Shown: positions 1 to 10,034 of the stretch, piece by piece
Layout of the letters: the number at the start of each line of letters is the position of its first letter
Position numbering within the stretch: position 1 is the stretch's first letter
Sequence record: PZ019086.1
Length of the DNA: 64,000 nucleotides
From: a phage
Reading direction: 5' to 3' (one strand)
Notes under the pieces: model-generated
Told to the model about the DNA's origin: nothing
What the model saw: the letters and a program-made list of their open reading frames with translations, nothing else
Database searches by the model: none
Position numbers and translations under genes: made by a program

Positions 1-583
1 CCGCAACACATGGAATGTTTTTAATACTAAAATAAGGAGTAACAATACGGAATAATGACTTCAGTGATTTAGCACGAGTCATATCTGCCACAGATTTTTC
101 ATTCAAGGCATCTTCCGTTTCTTTCTTAGAAGCCATATTACCGATTGAGTCGATGAATACAATAACTTTTTCACCGCGCTCAATAGCTTCAAGCTGATTC
201 ACCATATCAATTTTCAGCTGTTCAACTGACTGGATTGGTGTATGAATTACTCGTTCCGGATCAACTCCCATGGATCGCAAATAAGCTGGAGTAATACCAA
301 ATTCGCTATCATAAAATAGACATACCGCGTCAGGATATTTGTTCAAATACGCCGCAACCATAGTCAAAGACATATTTGATTTAAAGTGTTTAGAAGGACC
401 TGCAAAAATGGTTAAACCAGACTGCATACCACCATCAATCGCACCAGAAATAGCGATATTAAGCATTGGAATTTTTGTACGGATTACATCCTTTTCATTA
501 AAGAATTTAGATGTAGTCAGTTCAGCAGTCATTTTAGAAGTGGAAGCTTTAATCAAACGGGATTTTAAATCTGCAATAGACAT
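1..583 (-). CDS. uvsX: UvsX RecA-like recombinase, N-terminal part (gene runs off the window start)
   Basis: Minus-strand frame with ATG at 583..581; translation MSIADLKSRLIKASTSKMTAELTTSKFF...GPSKHFKS... matches T4 UvsX N-terminus from memory; absent from ORF track because truncated at the edge. Confidence 0.85.
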   Translation of the reverse strand, partial: MSIADLKSRLIKASTSKMTAELTTSKFFNEKDVIRTKIPMLNIAISGAIDGGMQSGLTIFAGPSKHFKSNMSLTMVAAYLNKYPDAVCLFYDSEFGITPAYLRSMGVDPERVIHTPIQSVEQLKIDMVNQLEAIERGEKVIVFIDSIGNMASKKETEDALNEKSVADMTRAKSLKSLFRIVTPYFSIKNIPCVA

Positions 584-629
584 TCATTTTTTCCATAGGC
601 ATCATTATATTTTCCTCACTGGTTAAAGA

Positions 630-660
630 TAGAGTAATTATAACACAATAAATTTAGGCA
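630..660 (-). promoter_or_regulatory. Putative middle/early promoter upstream of uvsX (extended -10 TGTTATAAT, possible MotA-box-like TGCCTAA at about -30)
   Basis: Minus-strand reading TGCCTAAATTTATTGTGTTATAAT about 45 nt upstream of uvsX ATG; approximate. Confidence 0.3.
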
Positions 661-1509
661 TTAATCGACTGCTATTGGATGAATAGCATTAAACTTATGA
701 AACGCTTCTGATTTTTCTTTGCGTGAAACACACATGCGAAGAACCTTTAATGGCTCGTCTTCTTCACCCAACGATTTTCTCTTTTCGATATTCGATGTTT
801 TCCAACGAGCTTGCTCTGGAAACTCTCTATTGATTTGCTCAAGAGCTCTATTATGTTTTGAATTACTACGAATTGAACTACATCCGCCAGGAGCTTGTGC
901 TTTTCCAGATACAACCAGATATTTGAACAAGGCCAAATGCGGATAACCTTGATTAATTAAATTGAGAAATGCATACATATCTTCGCATAAATCAATTTTT
1001 CCATACCCAATTTGTTCTGTCGTGAGTTTTCCAAGGTCATACCATGTATTCGTGAATCCATATGAATTTTCACGATAATTACCCCAAGATGAAGTAATTT
1101 TAAAAATTGGTAGACGAGCATGGCCATGATAATACCCACAATCCATGGCATCTTCAACGTATTGAATCAATTCATAGAACTGTTCACGAGTTAATTGATT
1201 AATTTTATCTACGCAGCGACGATCATCTTTCTTTCGCATTGAACTCATACGAATAGTAGTATCATCATCAATCATCCAAATTCGTTGACCTGCATACATA
1301 TCAGTAATTGCTTTACGAGTACCAGCAATTCCATTAACATCATCAGGAATAGTTATAATTTTAGCTCTAGATCCGTAAGCGTCATAATAAGCTTTTTCTT
1401 CATGTTCACGTACTACAATATGAGGTTCATAATCAGTCGGAAACATATCAAGGGCAGAAACTGCCGCTACGCGTTGATAGCTTGGAATTACGAATTGAAT
1501 CATTTCCAT
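661..1509 (-). CDS. GT-A type glycosyltransferase at the beta-gt locus (candidate hydroxymethylcytosine-glucose modifying transferase, not T4-type beta-gt)
   Basis: 282 aa; VIPSYQR start and DxD motif RIWMIDDDTTIR typical of GT-A/GT2 enzymes; sits between 42 and uvsX where T4 has beta-gt (351 aa) but does not resemble T4 BGT as I recall it. Confidence 0.6.
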   Translation of the reverse strand: MEMIQFVIPSYQRVAAVSALDMFPTDYEPHIVVREHEEKAYYDAYGSRAKIITIPDDVNGIAGTRKAITDMYAGQRIWMIDDDTTIRMSSMRKKDDRRCVDKINQLTREQFYELIQYVEDAMDCGYYHGHARLPIFKITSSWGNYRENSYGFTNTWYDLGKLTTEQIGYGKIDLCEDMYAFLNLINQGYPHLALFKYLVVSGKAQAPGGCSSIRSNSKHNRALEQINREFPEQARWKTSNIEKRKSLGEEDEPLKVLRMCVSRKEKSEAFHKFNAIHPIAVD

Positions 1510-2240
1510 TCACCATTATAATCTTTTTTCACAATATGAGTTTCGCCAGTATTCCACCAATGATCAACCAAGTAAAAATGACGAGAATATACATGAAGAC
1601 TTCCAACATTCCATATAATAGAACCTGCTTTATACTGACGAGTTGAATCACCTGCATTCAAATCAGATACTAATTTATCTAGTACGTATTTTTGCCATGC
1701 ATAATCATTACGGAATCCGAAGACTACGTCATTTGAACGCATGCTTACTACTGCATTGACTTTCTTATCACGAATCAGGTACTGTACTGTATTCGTACAC
1801 ATGAAATCTGACATACCATCTTTATTGTAGTCAAACTGCATGGATGGACGAGTATAAATCATGATACCGCGTCGAGAATCAGGATTTTGACCAAGTTCAG
1901 CTAAACACATATCATATTGGGCATAGTTATCTTCTGACCAGATGGCCCAACCATAATTCGAATTAATTTCGCCTTTAGAAGATGCTACCTGTTGCCAAAT
2001 CTTCGGTGTTTCACCTGGAATATCTTTAACAAACAAACTTTTAGATTTATACCATTCAAGTTCACGCTGAATGTATTCATCATTAAGAGCGCCAAAAATA
2101 AAAGGTTCATCTGCTACAAATGATGCACCAATAATTTCAATAGTTTTAACACCAGTTTTATCAATTACGAAATCTTTTTCCTTTAATGCAAGACCCAAAT
2201 CAAGACGGATTTCTTCAACTGTCATATAATCGTTAATCAT
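1500..2240 (-). CDS. 42: dCMP hydroxymethylase
   Basis: 246 aa, same length and position as T4 gp42; thymidylate-synthase-like fold features. Confidence 0.85.
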   Translation of the reverse strand: MINDYMTVEEIRLDLGLALKEKDFVIDKTGVKTIEIIGASFVADEPFIFGALNDEYIQRELEWYKSKSLFVKDIPGETPKIWQQVASSKGEINSNYGWAIWSEDNYAQYDMCLAELGQNPDSRRGIMIYTRPSMQFDYNKDGMSDFMCTNTVQYLIRDKKVNAVVSMRSNDVVFGFRNDYAWQKYVLDKLVSDLNAGDSTRQYKAGSIIWNVGSLHVYSRHFYLVDHWWNTGETHIVKKDYNGEWK

Positions 2241-2393
2241 TTAAACCTCAATTGATACATTCATATTTAACTTGTAACAGTAATAAACCCCAACCTATAA
2301 TAAGTGTCGGAATCATAAGAGGAACCGTTACGCTATAGTATATACTTATTATAATCATCAAGATTAAAAGCAATACTGCTAAAATTTTGCTTT

Positions 2394-2645
2394 TCATTCC
2401 TTCTCTCTGATGATAATTACTTGATTCGGTTGTGCAGATTTTTTAGTTTCACCTGCAATTGACCAAATAAATGTAATAAACCAACCAATAATTGACCAGT
2501 TAAACAGTAAAGATGTGAAAAAGATTCCTACTGTCGATTTTGACCCACGCATCAAGGCGATGAACCATGGAAGCATGTATATAATAATAGCCAACACGCC
2601 TGAAACTAAAACCATAAAAATTGAACCTGCTACTAAAGTTTCCAT
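2394..2645 (-). CDS. imm: Immunity to superinfection membrane protein
   Basis: 83 aa, two hydrophobic helices, position between 42 and 43 as in T4. Confidence 0.8.
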   Translation of the reverse strand: METLVAGSIFMVLVSGVLAIIIYMLPWFIALMRGSKSTVGIFFTSLLFNWSIIGWFITFIWSIAGETKKSAQPNQVIIIREKE

Positions 2646-2652
2646 GTTTTCC

Positions 2653-3033
2653 TCACTTAGTCAAATTTTTTACACATGAATTATAAGAATTCACTACATA
2701 CTCCATCGGAGCATTTTTACCAGTACGCCATTGATAATTATTAGCCCAATTAGCCCAAAGTCCAGCGCAATAGTTTTCAATTTTTTCTTCGCGTGTAATT
2801 ACATCCGAATTACGATATGCTTGAGCAGATTCGTCTGGACGAATAGCTTCGTCAAAATTCGCCTGCATTTGTTCTACTGTCTGCTTTGGAGCTTCTTTAT
2901 AACATTTAACATTAGGATTATAAAATTTACTTGAACAGTTTACAATTTTTCCTACATCAGACTGATTTACTACTGATCCTTGAGCTACACAACCAGTAAG
3001 ACCTAATGCAATAACCAAAATAGCAATTTTCAT
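2653..3033 (-). CDS. Small lipoprotein (imm.1 position)
   Basis: Start moved to in-frame ATG at 3033 (MKIAILVIALGLTGC lipobox) with GGAGA RBS; the ORF-track N-terminal extension overlaps the upstream promoter. Confidence 0.65.
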   Translation of the reverse strand: MKIAILVIALGLTGCVAQGSVVNQSDVGKIVNCSSKFYNPNVKCYKEAPKQTVEQMQANFDEAIRPDESAQAYRNSDVITREEKIENYCAGLWANWANNYQWRTGKNAPMEYVVNSYNSCVKNLTK

Positions 3034-3061
3034 TTCATTCTCCAAATTTGTATTGGTTGAT

Positions 3062-3100
3062 AGTTGTATAGTACCATGGAAGAACGGGGATGTAAACAGT
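3062..3100 (-). promoter_or_regulatory. T4-type early promoter (-35 GTTTACA, extended -10 TGGTACTATAC) serving imm.1/imm/42
   Basis: Member of a ~60-nt conserved element repeated 12+ times in the window, always just upstream of a minus-strand gene; approximate coordinates. Confidence 0.6.
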
Positions 3101-3185
3101 TTTGTGAAAAAATTTTTAATGAATTTACAGGACCTAGAATCATCTATTTTTCCTAAGTATAGATTTATATTACTTGTATGAAAAA

Positions 3186-3201
3186 GGGACCCGGAGGTCC
3201 C
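3186..3201 (-). terminator. Intercistronic stable hairpin downstream of gene 43
   Basis: GGGACC-loop-GGTCCC inverted repeat immediately 3' of the 43 stop; approximate. Confidence 0.5.
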
Positions 3202-3214
3202 TAGATTTATTCTA

Positions 3215-5911
3215 TCAGCCAAACAGGAAGTCTAACGAAGCTTTTTCCTCATAGTCCATACCTGCCGATTCACACATGCCCGCAAGCGGTTTAACAAACG
3301 ATTTTTGGAACAAAGTTGAGTAGTCAATCCAAGACAGTACGTCAGAACGAATTTCTTTTGGAAGTTCTGTGCCCGACGGCCAAGCAATACACTTGTCACC
3401 AAATGGATTTCCCTCACGTAATGGAAGAACCATTACCTTATTTCCATCCAAAATTGGAGCTACACCTAAACCGCTAACAGCTCGACGATAAGTTAGCACC
3501 CCACGAATGTGGAACGGGCATTTAAATCCTGGCCAACCTTTATCATCATATTTCGCTATATCGTTCGCAGTTTTTACTTCAGCAATAACTTTATAGTCAA
3601 GCTGACGATATTCTTTCTCAAAGTTCTTGTAGTATTCTTGGACAGACTCTTCGCCTTCCTGAAGAATACGACGAATACTTTCTTCGAGAGCTTCTTGTAC
3701 TGCTTTTGGTGTTGAGCTCTGCTGAGTTTCCATACCCATGATTTTTAGATGCGGTTCAGCAAATCGTTTATCTTCCATATCATAAACGTTCAGAGCATAA
3801 CGCTTTTTCGCTTTCCAAAATCCACCAACACCCTTTGAACCAAGTGGAGGGCAAGAAATAGCTTCACGGTCCATATGCATCAGATGCTCGCGGTTATTCA
3901 TATAATCGCATAACTCGCGATATGCAACATCAATCATAGGTTCCATCTTTTTCTTACCAAACTGATTCATGAATTCAACTAAATCATTTTGTTCTTTAAA
4001 GCGGTCAAGACCTACTTTTTCAATTACTTTATCTACGCAAACATATACCGAATCAGTATCACCTGCTGCGATGAAATCTTCACCATTAGTTCCACATACT
4101 TTATTCAGATATTCATTAATTTTGCGAGCAATCCACTGAATACCGACTTGACCGAAAATTGTAATAGCAGTAGCATTTCGCAAATCATAGTAGCGGAAAT
4201 GAATATTACCAAGAGCACCATAAAGACTGTTAATAAGAATTTTACGGTTCAGCTGATTTGTGTTAGCAAGTGTAGCAGCTTTTTCACATTCTTCAATCAG
4301 ACTATTAAGAACAGATTCGGTGTAATTCGATAATTCGTTTAAGAAATCATCACTGAACTTAACATATCGTTCAACTTCTGGTTTAGTTGAGCAAGACCCT
4401 GCACCTTTCATAATAATCTTTTTAATAGCTTCGGCATTCATTTCTTCCGCGAACATTTTCTTTTTCCAATCTTTACGCTGGAAAAATACTTTAGCGATTT
4501 CCTTTGGAATGATACCTTCTTGGTGCTTATCATACATCCATCCATTCGGAGAACAAGAATATTCATCACTTGGCTTAGGAGCTGTTCCTGCGATATATTC
4601 ATGAATTGGATGAACTTTAAACTGTCCACGAATAGTCTCAGGACTAATGTTAACCTGACGAATAATGCTAGGATACAGAGACGTCAAGTCAAAACTCATA
4701 ATGTATCGACGAGCAATCGGTTTAGGTTCAAACACAAATGCACCTGGAAAACTCTGTTTAACGTGCGAACCTTGTTGAGGAATAACCTTATGTTCACCTT
4801 TTAGTGAGTTAAAAATAATAGCATCCCAAGTTTTAATAGGACTCATTACACCAGAAAAAGGCATTTTAGCGTAATAAGACATACTTAAAACTAGATCGAT
4901 AAACCCGCGAATTTTATCAATTGCTTGAACTGATTCTACGTCAATGATGTTATAACTAATGTATCGTTGATGATTAGTCTCACGAAGTTTATTAATAGGA
5001 CCATCGTACGGCAATTTACCTTTTTTGGTTTCATGTTGAGCAACTGATTCCAAAGAGAACGATGGCAAATTAGTAAATGCGAATTTCTTGTACAAATCTA
5101 AATAATCAAGAATAGATACGCCATCAATAGAATAAATTTCTTTGCTACCGTACATATTTTGAATTAGTTTAGATTTTACTCGACCGATTGGAGAGAAGCG
5201 TTTCATACTACGTTCACCGAGAACCATTTTAACACGATTCATGATATACGGAACGTCAAATCCCTCAATATTCCAACCGGTAAAAATAGCAGGTCGTTTC
5301 TGTTCCCAGAGATTAATATATTCCATGAGCATATCACGCTCATTATCAAATGGCATATAAATTACTCGGTCAAGAATTTCTTGAGGAACTTCATCACCAC
5401 CTTCACAGTCAAGCTTAGCAGCTAACTTTGCGTCCCATTTTGATACTGAACCGTACATTGAATTCAACAAATCAAAGACGTAAAAACGATCATCAATTGA
5501 ATCATAATGAGTGATAGCATCAATTTCATATTCTGCTTTCATTGGGTCAGGAAATTTATCACCAGTAACCTCAATGTCACAGTTAGCTACACGAACAAAT
5601 TTTCGGTCATAAACAATTTCTGAACCATATGTATCACTGATATAAGCGAGTTTAAAATCGTTCATACCGAGAGCTTCGAGACCGATGTCTTCCATTCGCT
5701 TCATCCAGTCTCGTGCATCTTTCATTGATGGAAATTTTTGAGGAGCACAGTTTTTACCATAAATGTCTTTGTATTTTGACTCTTCCTTACAATGTCTAAA
5801 CATAGTCGGAAGATATTCTACTTCACGAGTACGTTCCTTTCCATTTTCATCAATATAACGCTCAACAATGTTATTTCCGACTGTTTCGATAGAGATATAA
5901 AATTCTTTCAT
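3215..5911 (-). CDS. 43: DNA polymerase (family B) with 3'-5' exonuclease
   Basis: 898 aa, identical length to T4 gp43; polymerase motifs e.g. YGDTDS-like AAGDTDSVYVC. Confidence 0.95.
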   Translation of the reverse strand: MKEFYISIETVGNNIVERYIDENGKERTREVEYLPTMFRHCKEESKYKDIYGKNCAPQKFPSMKDARDWMKRMEDIGLEALGMNDFKLAYISDTYGSEIVYDRKFVRVANCDIEVTGDKFPDPMKAEYEIDAITHYDSIDDRFYVFDLLNSMYGSVSKWDAKLAAKLDCEGGDEVPQEILDRVIYMPFDNERDMLMEYINLWEQKRPAIFTGWNIEGFDVPYIMNRVKMVLGERSMKRFSPIGRVKSKLIQNMYGSKEIYSIDGVSILDYLDLYKKFAFTNLPSFSLESVAQHETKKGKLPYDGPINKLRETNHQRYISYNIIDVESVQAIDKIRGFIDLVLSMSYYAKMPFSGVMSPIKTWDAIIFNSLKGEHKVIPQQGSHVKQSFPGAFVFEPKPIARRYIMSFDLTSLYPSIIRQVNISPETIRGQFKVHPIHEYIAGTAPKPSDEYSCSPNGWMYDKHQEGIIPKEIAKVFFQRKDWKKKMFAEEMNAEAIKKIIMKGAGSCSTKPEVERYVKFSDDFLNELSNYTESVLNSLIEECEKAATLANTNQLNRKILINSLYGALGNIHFRYYDLRNATAITIFGQVGIQWIARKINEYLNKVCGTNGEDFIAAGDTDSVYVCVDKVIEKVGLDRFKEQNDLVEFMNQFGKKKMEPMIDVAYRELCDYMNNREHLMHMDREAISCPPLGSKGVGGFWKAKKRYALNVYDMEDKRFAEPHLKIMGMETQQSSTPKAVQEALEESIRRILQEGEESVQEYYKNFEKEYRQLDYKVIAEVKTANDIAKYDDKGWPGFKCPFHIRGVLTYRRAVSGLGVAPILDGNKVMVLPLREGNPFGDKCIAWPSGTELPKEIRSDVLSWIDYSTLFQKSFVKPLAGMCESAGMDYEEKASLDFLFG

Positions 5912-5969
5912 AGATATTCCTTAGTTTATAGCCCGAGTTATTAGGCTCTTGATATATTATACTCCAAAT

Positions 5970-5987
5970 AAGGGGCCGAAGCCCCTT
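5970..5987 (-). terminator. UUCG-loop hairpin (GGGGC-UUCG-GCCCC on transcript) after regA
   Basis: Plus strand aggggccgaagcccct; classic T4 CUUCGG tetraloop hairpin; approximate. Confidence 0.55.
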
Positions 5988-5989
5988 GC

Positions 5990-6358
5990 TTAATTACCAA
6001 TCGTATATTTAGGAACGAGTTTCCATTCGTGTTTTTGTTTAAAAGAAATAACTCGAAAGTTATTGGTTAAATCTTTCATAAAAGTTCTTTGACCAGGAAC
6101 GATTTCAATCAGTCCCCAATCTTCTAACAGCCATGCAATTGAATCACGACGAACTTCATCTTCTTCTGTCATTTCAACCTGACGGCCATCCATACGAAGC
6201 ATTTCTTTAAAATGAACGATATAGTATAGTCCTTTTTTCTGAAGAATGTGGCAGGACTGATACAGAACTTTATCTTTATTATTAGCAATTCCCATACGAG
6301 TCAAAGTTTCTTTTACTTTCAGAAAATCTTCAGGTTTTTTAAGAGTAATTTCAATCAT
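5990..6358 (-). CDS. regA: Translational repressor RegA
   Basis: 122 aa, position and length as T4 RegA. Confidence 0.85.
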   Translation of the reverse strand: MIEITLKKPEDFLKVKETLTRMGIANNKDKVLYQSCHILQKKGLYYIVHFKEMLRMDGRQVEMTEEDEVRRDSIAWLLEDWGLIEIVPGQRTFMKDLTNNFRVISFKQKHEWKLVPKYTIGN

Positions 6359-6359
6359 T

Positions 6360-6923
6360 TTACCATTCCAATGCTAGTTTTTTGAGTTGTTTCTGTTCTT
6401 TTACGTTCTTAGTCACTTCTTTTAAAAAATCATCCGTGACTAAACCTTTTAGTTCTTTTAATACTAAAGGAAGTTTTCCATTTTTAGTAAGAATTGATTT
6501 ATAGTTAATTGCATCATTTGTATTAACTTGATACCGCTTAGCAAGTAACTTAATAATCAATACTTCGGTAGAATCTTCAACCAGTTTTGCCCATTTACCA
6601 TATCTTTTACCCCGAGGAACAGCAGCCATCAGATAATTAAAATGGGCTTCATCGCTTAAACCTGATCCAATTAAATTCATAGCATATACAGCTGGCATGC
6701 ATTCAGGAAATTGTGATAATGCATTCTCAACCATGTATTTTGAATAATCTTTTTGAGCAATAGAGCATTTAGTTTTATTATTAATAGCTCCAATTATTTC
6801 AAAAAACTCATTTTCAGCTTTTTCTTTAAAAGAATCGGCAGCAGATTGGACAGCTGTCCAATCTTTTGAATACCAAGCAACTTGATGCTCGTTTAATTGA
6901 ATATCATCTTCAAATAAGCTCAT
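6360..6923 (-). CDS. 62: Clamp loader small subunit
   Basis: 187 aa, immediately downstream of 44 as in T4. Confidence 0.85.
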   Translation of the reverse strand: MSLFEDDIQLNEHQVAWYSKDWTAVQSAADSFKEKAENEFFEIIGAINNKTKCSIAQKDYSKYMVENALSQFPECMPAVYAMNLIGSGLSDEAHFNYLMAAVPRGKRYGKWAKLVEDSTEVLIIKLLAKRYQVNTNDAINYKSILTKNGKLPLVLKELKGLVTDDFLKEVTKNVKEQKQLKKLALEW

Positions 6924-6924
6924 A

Positions 6925-7884
6925 TCACTTCCACTGCATTTCGCATGCCAATTGAATGAAAAGATATGCTAAATGTAATTCCGTATTAGCTGCAATTCCA
7001 TGATACTGGTTATTTTCACCAACAATTTCATACATACGAATAATACTCTGCGGAGTTACGCGTGTATAGATTTCTTCGGCAAGTTTACCTACGAACCACG
7101 AATAATCAGCCGCATATTTTGGTGCTAAAGCTCTGAGCTGTTTAACATCTTTATTTTTGAGAGATTCAAGAACATCATCAATAGCACCACGATCGTTAGT
7201 AACCAGTGATAAAATACCAGCATCCAAAACACCTTTAGATGAATAACTATCGAGCTCACCAATAGTTTTACGAAAATCAGGAAAATTCTTTTTAACCAAA
7301 GCTGCTACAACTTTCATATCAGCTATAGCAATTCCTTCATGCTTGCAGATTTCAGTCAATCGACGAATCATCTGCTTCATCATTTCAATTTTATCTTCAT
7401 CGGTCGGTTGACCGAATGTAATAACTCGGCAGCGTGACTGAAGCGGTTTAATAATACCATCAATATTGTTAGCAGTAATAATAATACTACAGTTTGAACT
7501 ATAAGCTTCCATGAAGGAACGAAGATGTCGCTGAGACTCTGCTAACCCTGAACGGTCAAATTCATCAATAACGATTACTTTTTGACGACCATCAAATGAA
7601 GCTGCACTAGCAAAATTAGTCAAAGGACCGCGAACGAAATCAATTTTACAATCTGACCCATTCACAAACATCATATCAGCATTTACATCATGACACAATG
7701 CTTTTGCTACGGTTGTTTTACCTGTTCCTGGAGAAGGAGAATGAAGAATAATATGTGGAATCTTACCTTTACTTGTAATAGATTTAAAGGTTTCTTTATC
7801 AAAGGCGGGAAGAATACATTCATCGATAGTAGATGGACGATATTTCTGTTCAAGAATGTGTTCTTTTTCATTTACAGTAATCAT
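6925..7884 (-). CDS. 44: Clamp loader large subunit (AAA+ ATPase)
   Basis: Walker A GTGKT; start moved from track TTG (7899) to ATG at 7884 (MITVNEK..., 319 aa as T4 gp44) with GAGGAAA RBS. Confidence 0.9.
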   Translation of the reverse strand: MITVNEKEHILEQKYRPSTIDECILPAFDKETFKSITSKGKIPHIILHSPSPGTGKTTVAKALCHDVNADMMFVNGSDCKIDFVRGPLTNFASAASFDGRQKVIVIDEFDRSGLAESQRHLRSFMEAYSSNCSIIITANNIDGIIKPLQSRCRVITFGQPTDEDKIEMMKQMIRRLTEICKHEGIAIADMKVVAALVKKNFPDFRKTIGELDSYSSKGVLDAGILSLVTNDRGAIDDVLESLKNKDVKQLRALAPKYAADYSWFVGKLAEEIYTRVTPQSIIRMYEIVGENNQYHGIAANTELHLAYLFIQLACEMQWK

Positions 7885-7915
7885 AATTTCCTCATTCAAG
7901 TTTTAGTGTAAATTT

Positions 7916-7932
7916 AAGGGCCGAAGCCCTTT
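7916..7932 (-). terminator. UUCG-loop hairpin between 45 and 44
   Basis: aagggccgaagccctt; approximate. Confidence 0.5.
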
Positions 7933-7933
7933 A

Positions 7934-8620
7934 TTAAAAATCGTGGGTAGAATCAGCTTCAAGAGCTACTACATAATTCGCATGTTCACCTTCAAATTTA
8001 GCAGCGCCTTGTTTACCTTTTGCCCAGAGAAGAAGTTTATAATTTCCTGGTTGCATTTTCATATTTGCCATATTGATAATGAAATTAAATGTATTTTCAC
8101 CATCATAATCACCAAGAGTCAAAGAATATTTAACACGGGTCAAAGCAGAATCTTCCACTTTATTAAAACCGTTAATTACGATTTTACCTTCTTTTACTGT
8201 GATAGCAATTGTATCAATCTGCAGACCACGAGATACACGCAACAGCTGTTGAAGGTCTTCAGCTTTAATTTCAGTAACAACAGATGCTACTGGGAATGGA
8301 ATTGGTTTATTAGGAGCAACTACTGTACTCGGATCGGCTGCTGGCCAAAAAATTGTTGAACGGGCATCAGCAATTTTAATATTACCATCTTCTGACTGGG
8401 AAATTTCTGCATCATCATTAACTAGGGACAGAATACCGAGAAAACCGTTCAAATCGTAAATTGCTACATCAAAATCAATAGTGTCAGAAATATTTGCTTC
8501 CGCATAAGTTGTACCATTAACTGCGCGAGTCATAATAAATTGACCAGATTTAAGCATAATACCAGAGTTAATAGTAGCGAAATTTTTAAGCAGAGCAGTA
8601 GTATCTTTAGACAGTTTCAT
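7934..8620 (-). CDS. 45: Sliding clamp
   Basis: 228 aa, same as T4 gp45; position. Confidence 0.9.
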   Translation of the reverse strand: MKLSKDTTALLKNFATINSGIMLKSGQFIMTRAVNGTTYAEANISDTIDFDVAIYDLNGFLGILSLVNDDAEISQSEDGNIKIADARSTIFWPAADPSTVVAPNKPIPFPVASVVTEIKAEDLQQLLRVSRGLQIDTIAITVKEGKIVINGFNKVEDSALTRVKYSLTLGDYDGENTFNFIINMANMKMQPGNYKLLLWAKGKQGAAKFEGEHANYVVALEADSTHDF

Positions 8621-8675
8621 GTAATTTCCTTCAATTCAAATGAGATTTAATTTTATAACTAATTTAATAAAGCAA

Positions 8676-9065
8676 TTAACGATTAAAATCAGCAGCAATT
8701 GTTTCAGCAACAATTTGAGCAGCAACAATTAGACGTTCATCTGCATTACCGCAATAATCATCTTCAAGGCGCTCACCACATGAAGTCATAATAAATTTGG
8801 CACCAGCATTTAGAGATTCTGCTGTATGTTTGCGCATCAGTTCAATCCATTTATTACTTACTTCACGATCGATAGCTTCATAATACGCATGACGAGCAGG
8901 TGCAGATTTAATTTTGCTCTGAATAACTTCCATCGCATTATCAGAAAGAGACAAAACCCATGCTCGACGAATTTTATTTTGGTTTTGTGGATTTGATTCA
9001 GAACGCACGTGTTTTGGCTGAATATCTTTTACATCAACAGTATAATTCACCGTAATTTTAGTCAT
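8676..9065 (-). CDS. rpbA: RNA polymerase binding protein RpbA
   Basis: 129 aa, position after 45 as in T4. Confidence 0.75.
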   Translation of the reverse strand: MTKITVNYTVDVKDIQPKHVRSESNPQNQNKIRRAWVLSLSDNAMEVIQSKIKSAPARHAYYEAIDREVSNKWIELMRKHTAESLNAGAKFIMTSCGERLEDDYCGNADERLIVAAQIVAETIAADFNR

Positions 9066-9074
9066 AATACACCT

Positions 9075-9266
9075 TTAGTCATAATAATCAGTAACAGTCC
9101 AAGCTTCATTTCTGTTGGACATTATTTTCGTATATTCTGATTTAAATGCATTCTTAAGCATAGATTCAGTAACTATATGCTCTTCATTAGAAAAATTATT
9201 TCTCAGAATATATCGTTTTATTTCAGGAATAGTTAATAGATGCTGTCCAGTTGAATATTCTGCCAC
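9075..9266 (-). CDS. Hypothetical small protein (45.2 position), apparent GTG start
   Basis: 63-aa ORF with GGAGG RBS before GTG; syntenic with T4 45.2. Confidence 0.55.
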   Translation of the reverse strand: MAEYSTGQHLLTIPEIKRYILRNNFSNEEHIVTESMLKNAFKSEYTKIMSNRNEAWTVTDYYD

Positions 9267-9276
9267 AGTTCCTCCG

Positions 9277-9284
9277 TATAAATA
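9277..9284 (+). promoter_or_regulatory. T4 late promoter TATAAATA upstream of the plus-strand HNH gene
   Basis: Exact TATAAATA about 34 nt upstream of the ATG at 9318; approximate. Confidence 0.5.
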
Positions 9285-9317
9285 TGTTTATCACTCGCTG
9301 TATCAAAAGGATATGTT

Positions 9318-10034
9318 ATGAATTATAAACTAATTTATGAAAAGTTAATCTCTAATGCTAAATCTCGAAAACTTGATTGCTATACTGAATCTCATCACAT
9401 TATACCACGCTGTTTAAATGGTAGCGATGATGCTTCAAACTTAGTAGATTTAACACCAGAAGAGCACTATGTAGCTCATCAACTTTTAGTAAAAATTTAT
9501 CCTTCTGAACCAAAATTAGTCTATGCTGCTAACATGATGACAGTTTCTACGAAATACGCTAAACGTAATAATAAAACTTTCGGCTGGATTCGTCGTAAAC
9601 TCTGGGAAATAGAAAAGAATAAAGAGTTCTCCCAAGAGACACGAAAGAAAATGTCCGATGCAGTAGCTAATAAAGCAAGACTAACTTGTCCACATTGCGG
9701 TAAGTCTGGATTAAGCGGGAATATGAATCGATGGCATTTTGATAACTGCCCAAATCACCCCAATCCTAAAGTTAGACCGCCAATGTCTAAAGAACACAGA
9801 AATAATATCTCAAACGGGCTTAAAGCAATCGTTCTTGAAGAAACAACCTGCGAATTCTGCGGAATGATAGGCAAGAAATGCGTTATCGCAGCGCATAGAA
9901 ATTTCTGCAAGAAAAATCCAAATGGACGCAAGAAAACTGAAAAGACTGGTACTTGCGTCCATTGTGGTAAAGTTACCACTTTCGGAAATTTATCAAGATG
10001 GCATAATGATAATTGTAAATATAAACCTAGCTAA
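9318..10034 (+). CDS. HNH-family homing-endonuclease-like protein with C-terminal zinc-finger repeats (mob-like)
   Basis: 238 aa; HNH motif ESHHIIPRCLNGSDDASNLVDLTPEEHYVAH; three CxxCG...WH..NC repeats; encoded opposite to surrounding genes between 45.2 and 46. Confidence 0.75.
   Translation: MNYKLIYEKLISNAKSRKLDCYTESHHIIPRCLNGSDDASNLVDLTPEEHYVAHQLLVKIYPSEPKLVYAANMMTVSTKYAKRNNKTFGWIRRKLWEIEKNKEFSQETRKKMSDAVANKARLTCPHCGKSGLSGNMNRWHFDNCPNHPNPKVRPPMSKEHRNNISNGLKAIVLEETTCEFCGMIGKKCVIAAHRNFCKKNPNGRKKTEKTGTCVHCGKVTTFGNLSRWHNDNCKYKPS

Noticed and set aside
339-626. Plus-strand 95-aa ORF
   Set aside because: Lies antisense inside the uvsX coding region with no RBS; typical spurious frame in AT-rich DNA.
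661-1509. Calling this gene T4 beta-glucosyltransferase by position
   Set aside because: Length (282 vs 351 aa) and sequence do not fit T4 BGT as I recall it; reported as a different GT-A enzyme instead.
3509-4804. Plus-strand ORFs 3509..3715, 3989..4333, 4520..4804
   Set aside because: All antisense within the DNA polymerase gene 43; low-complexity Phe/Ile/Asn-rich translations.
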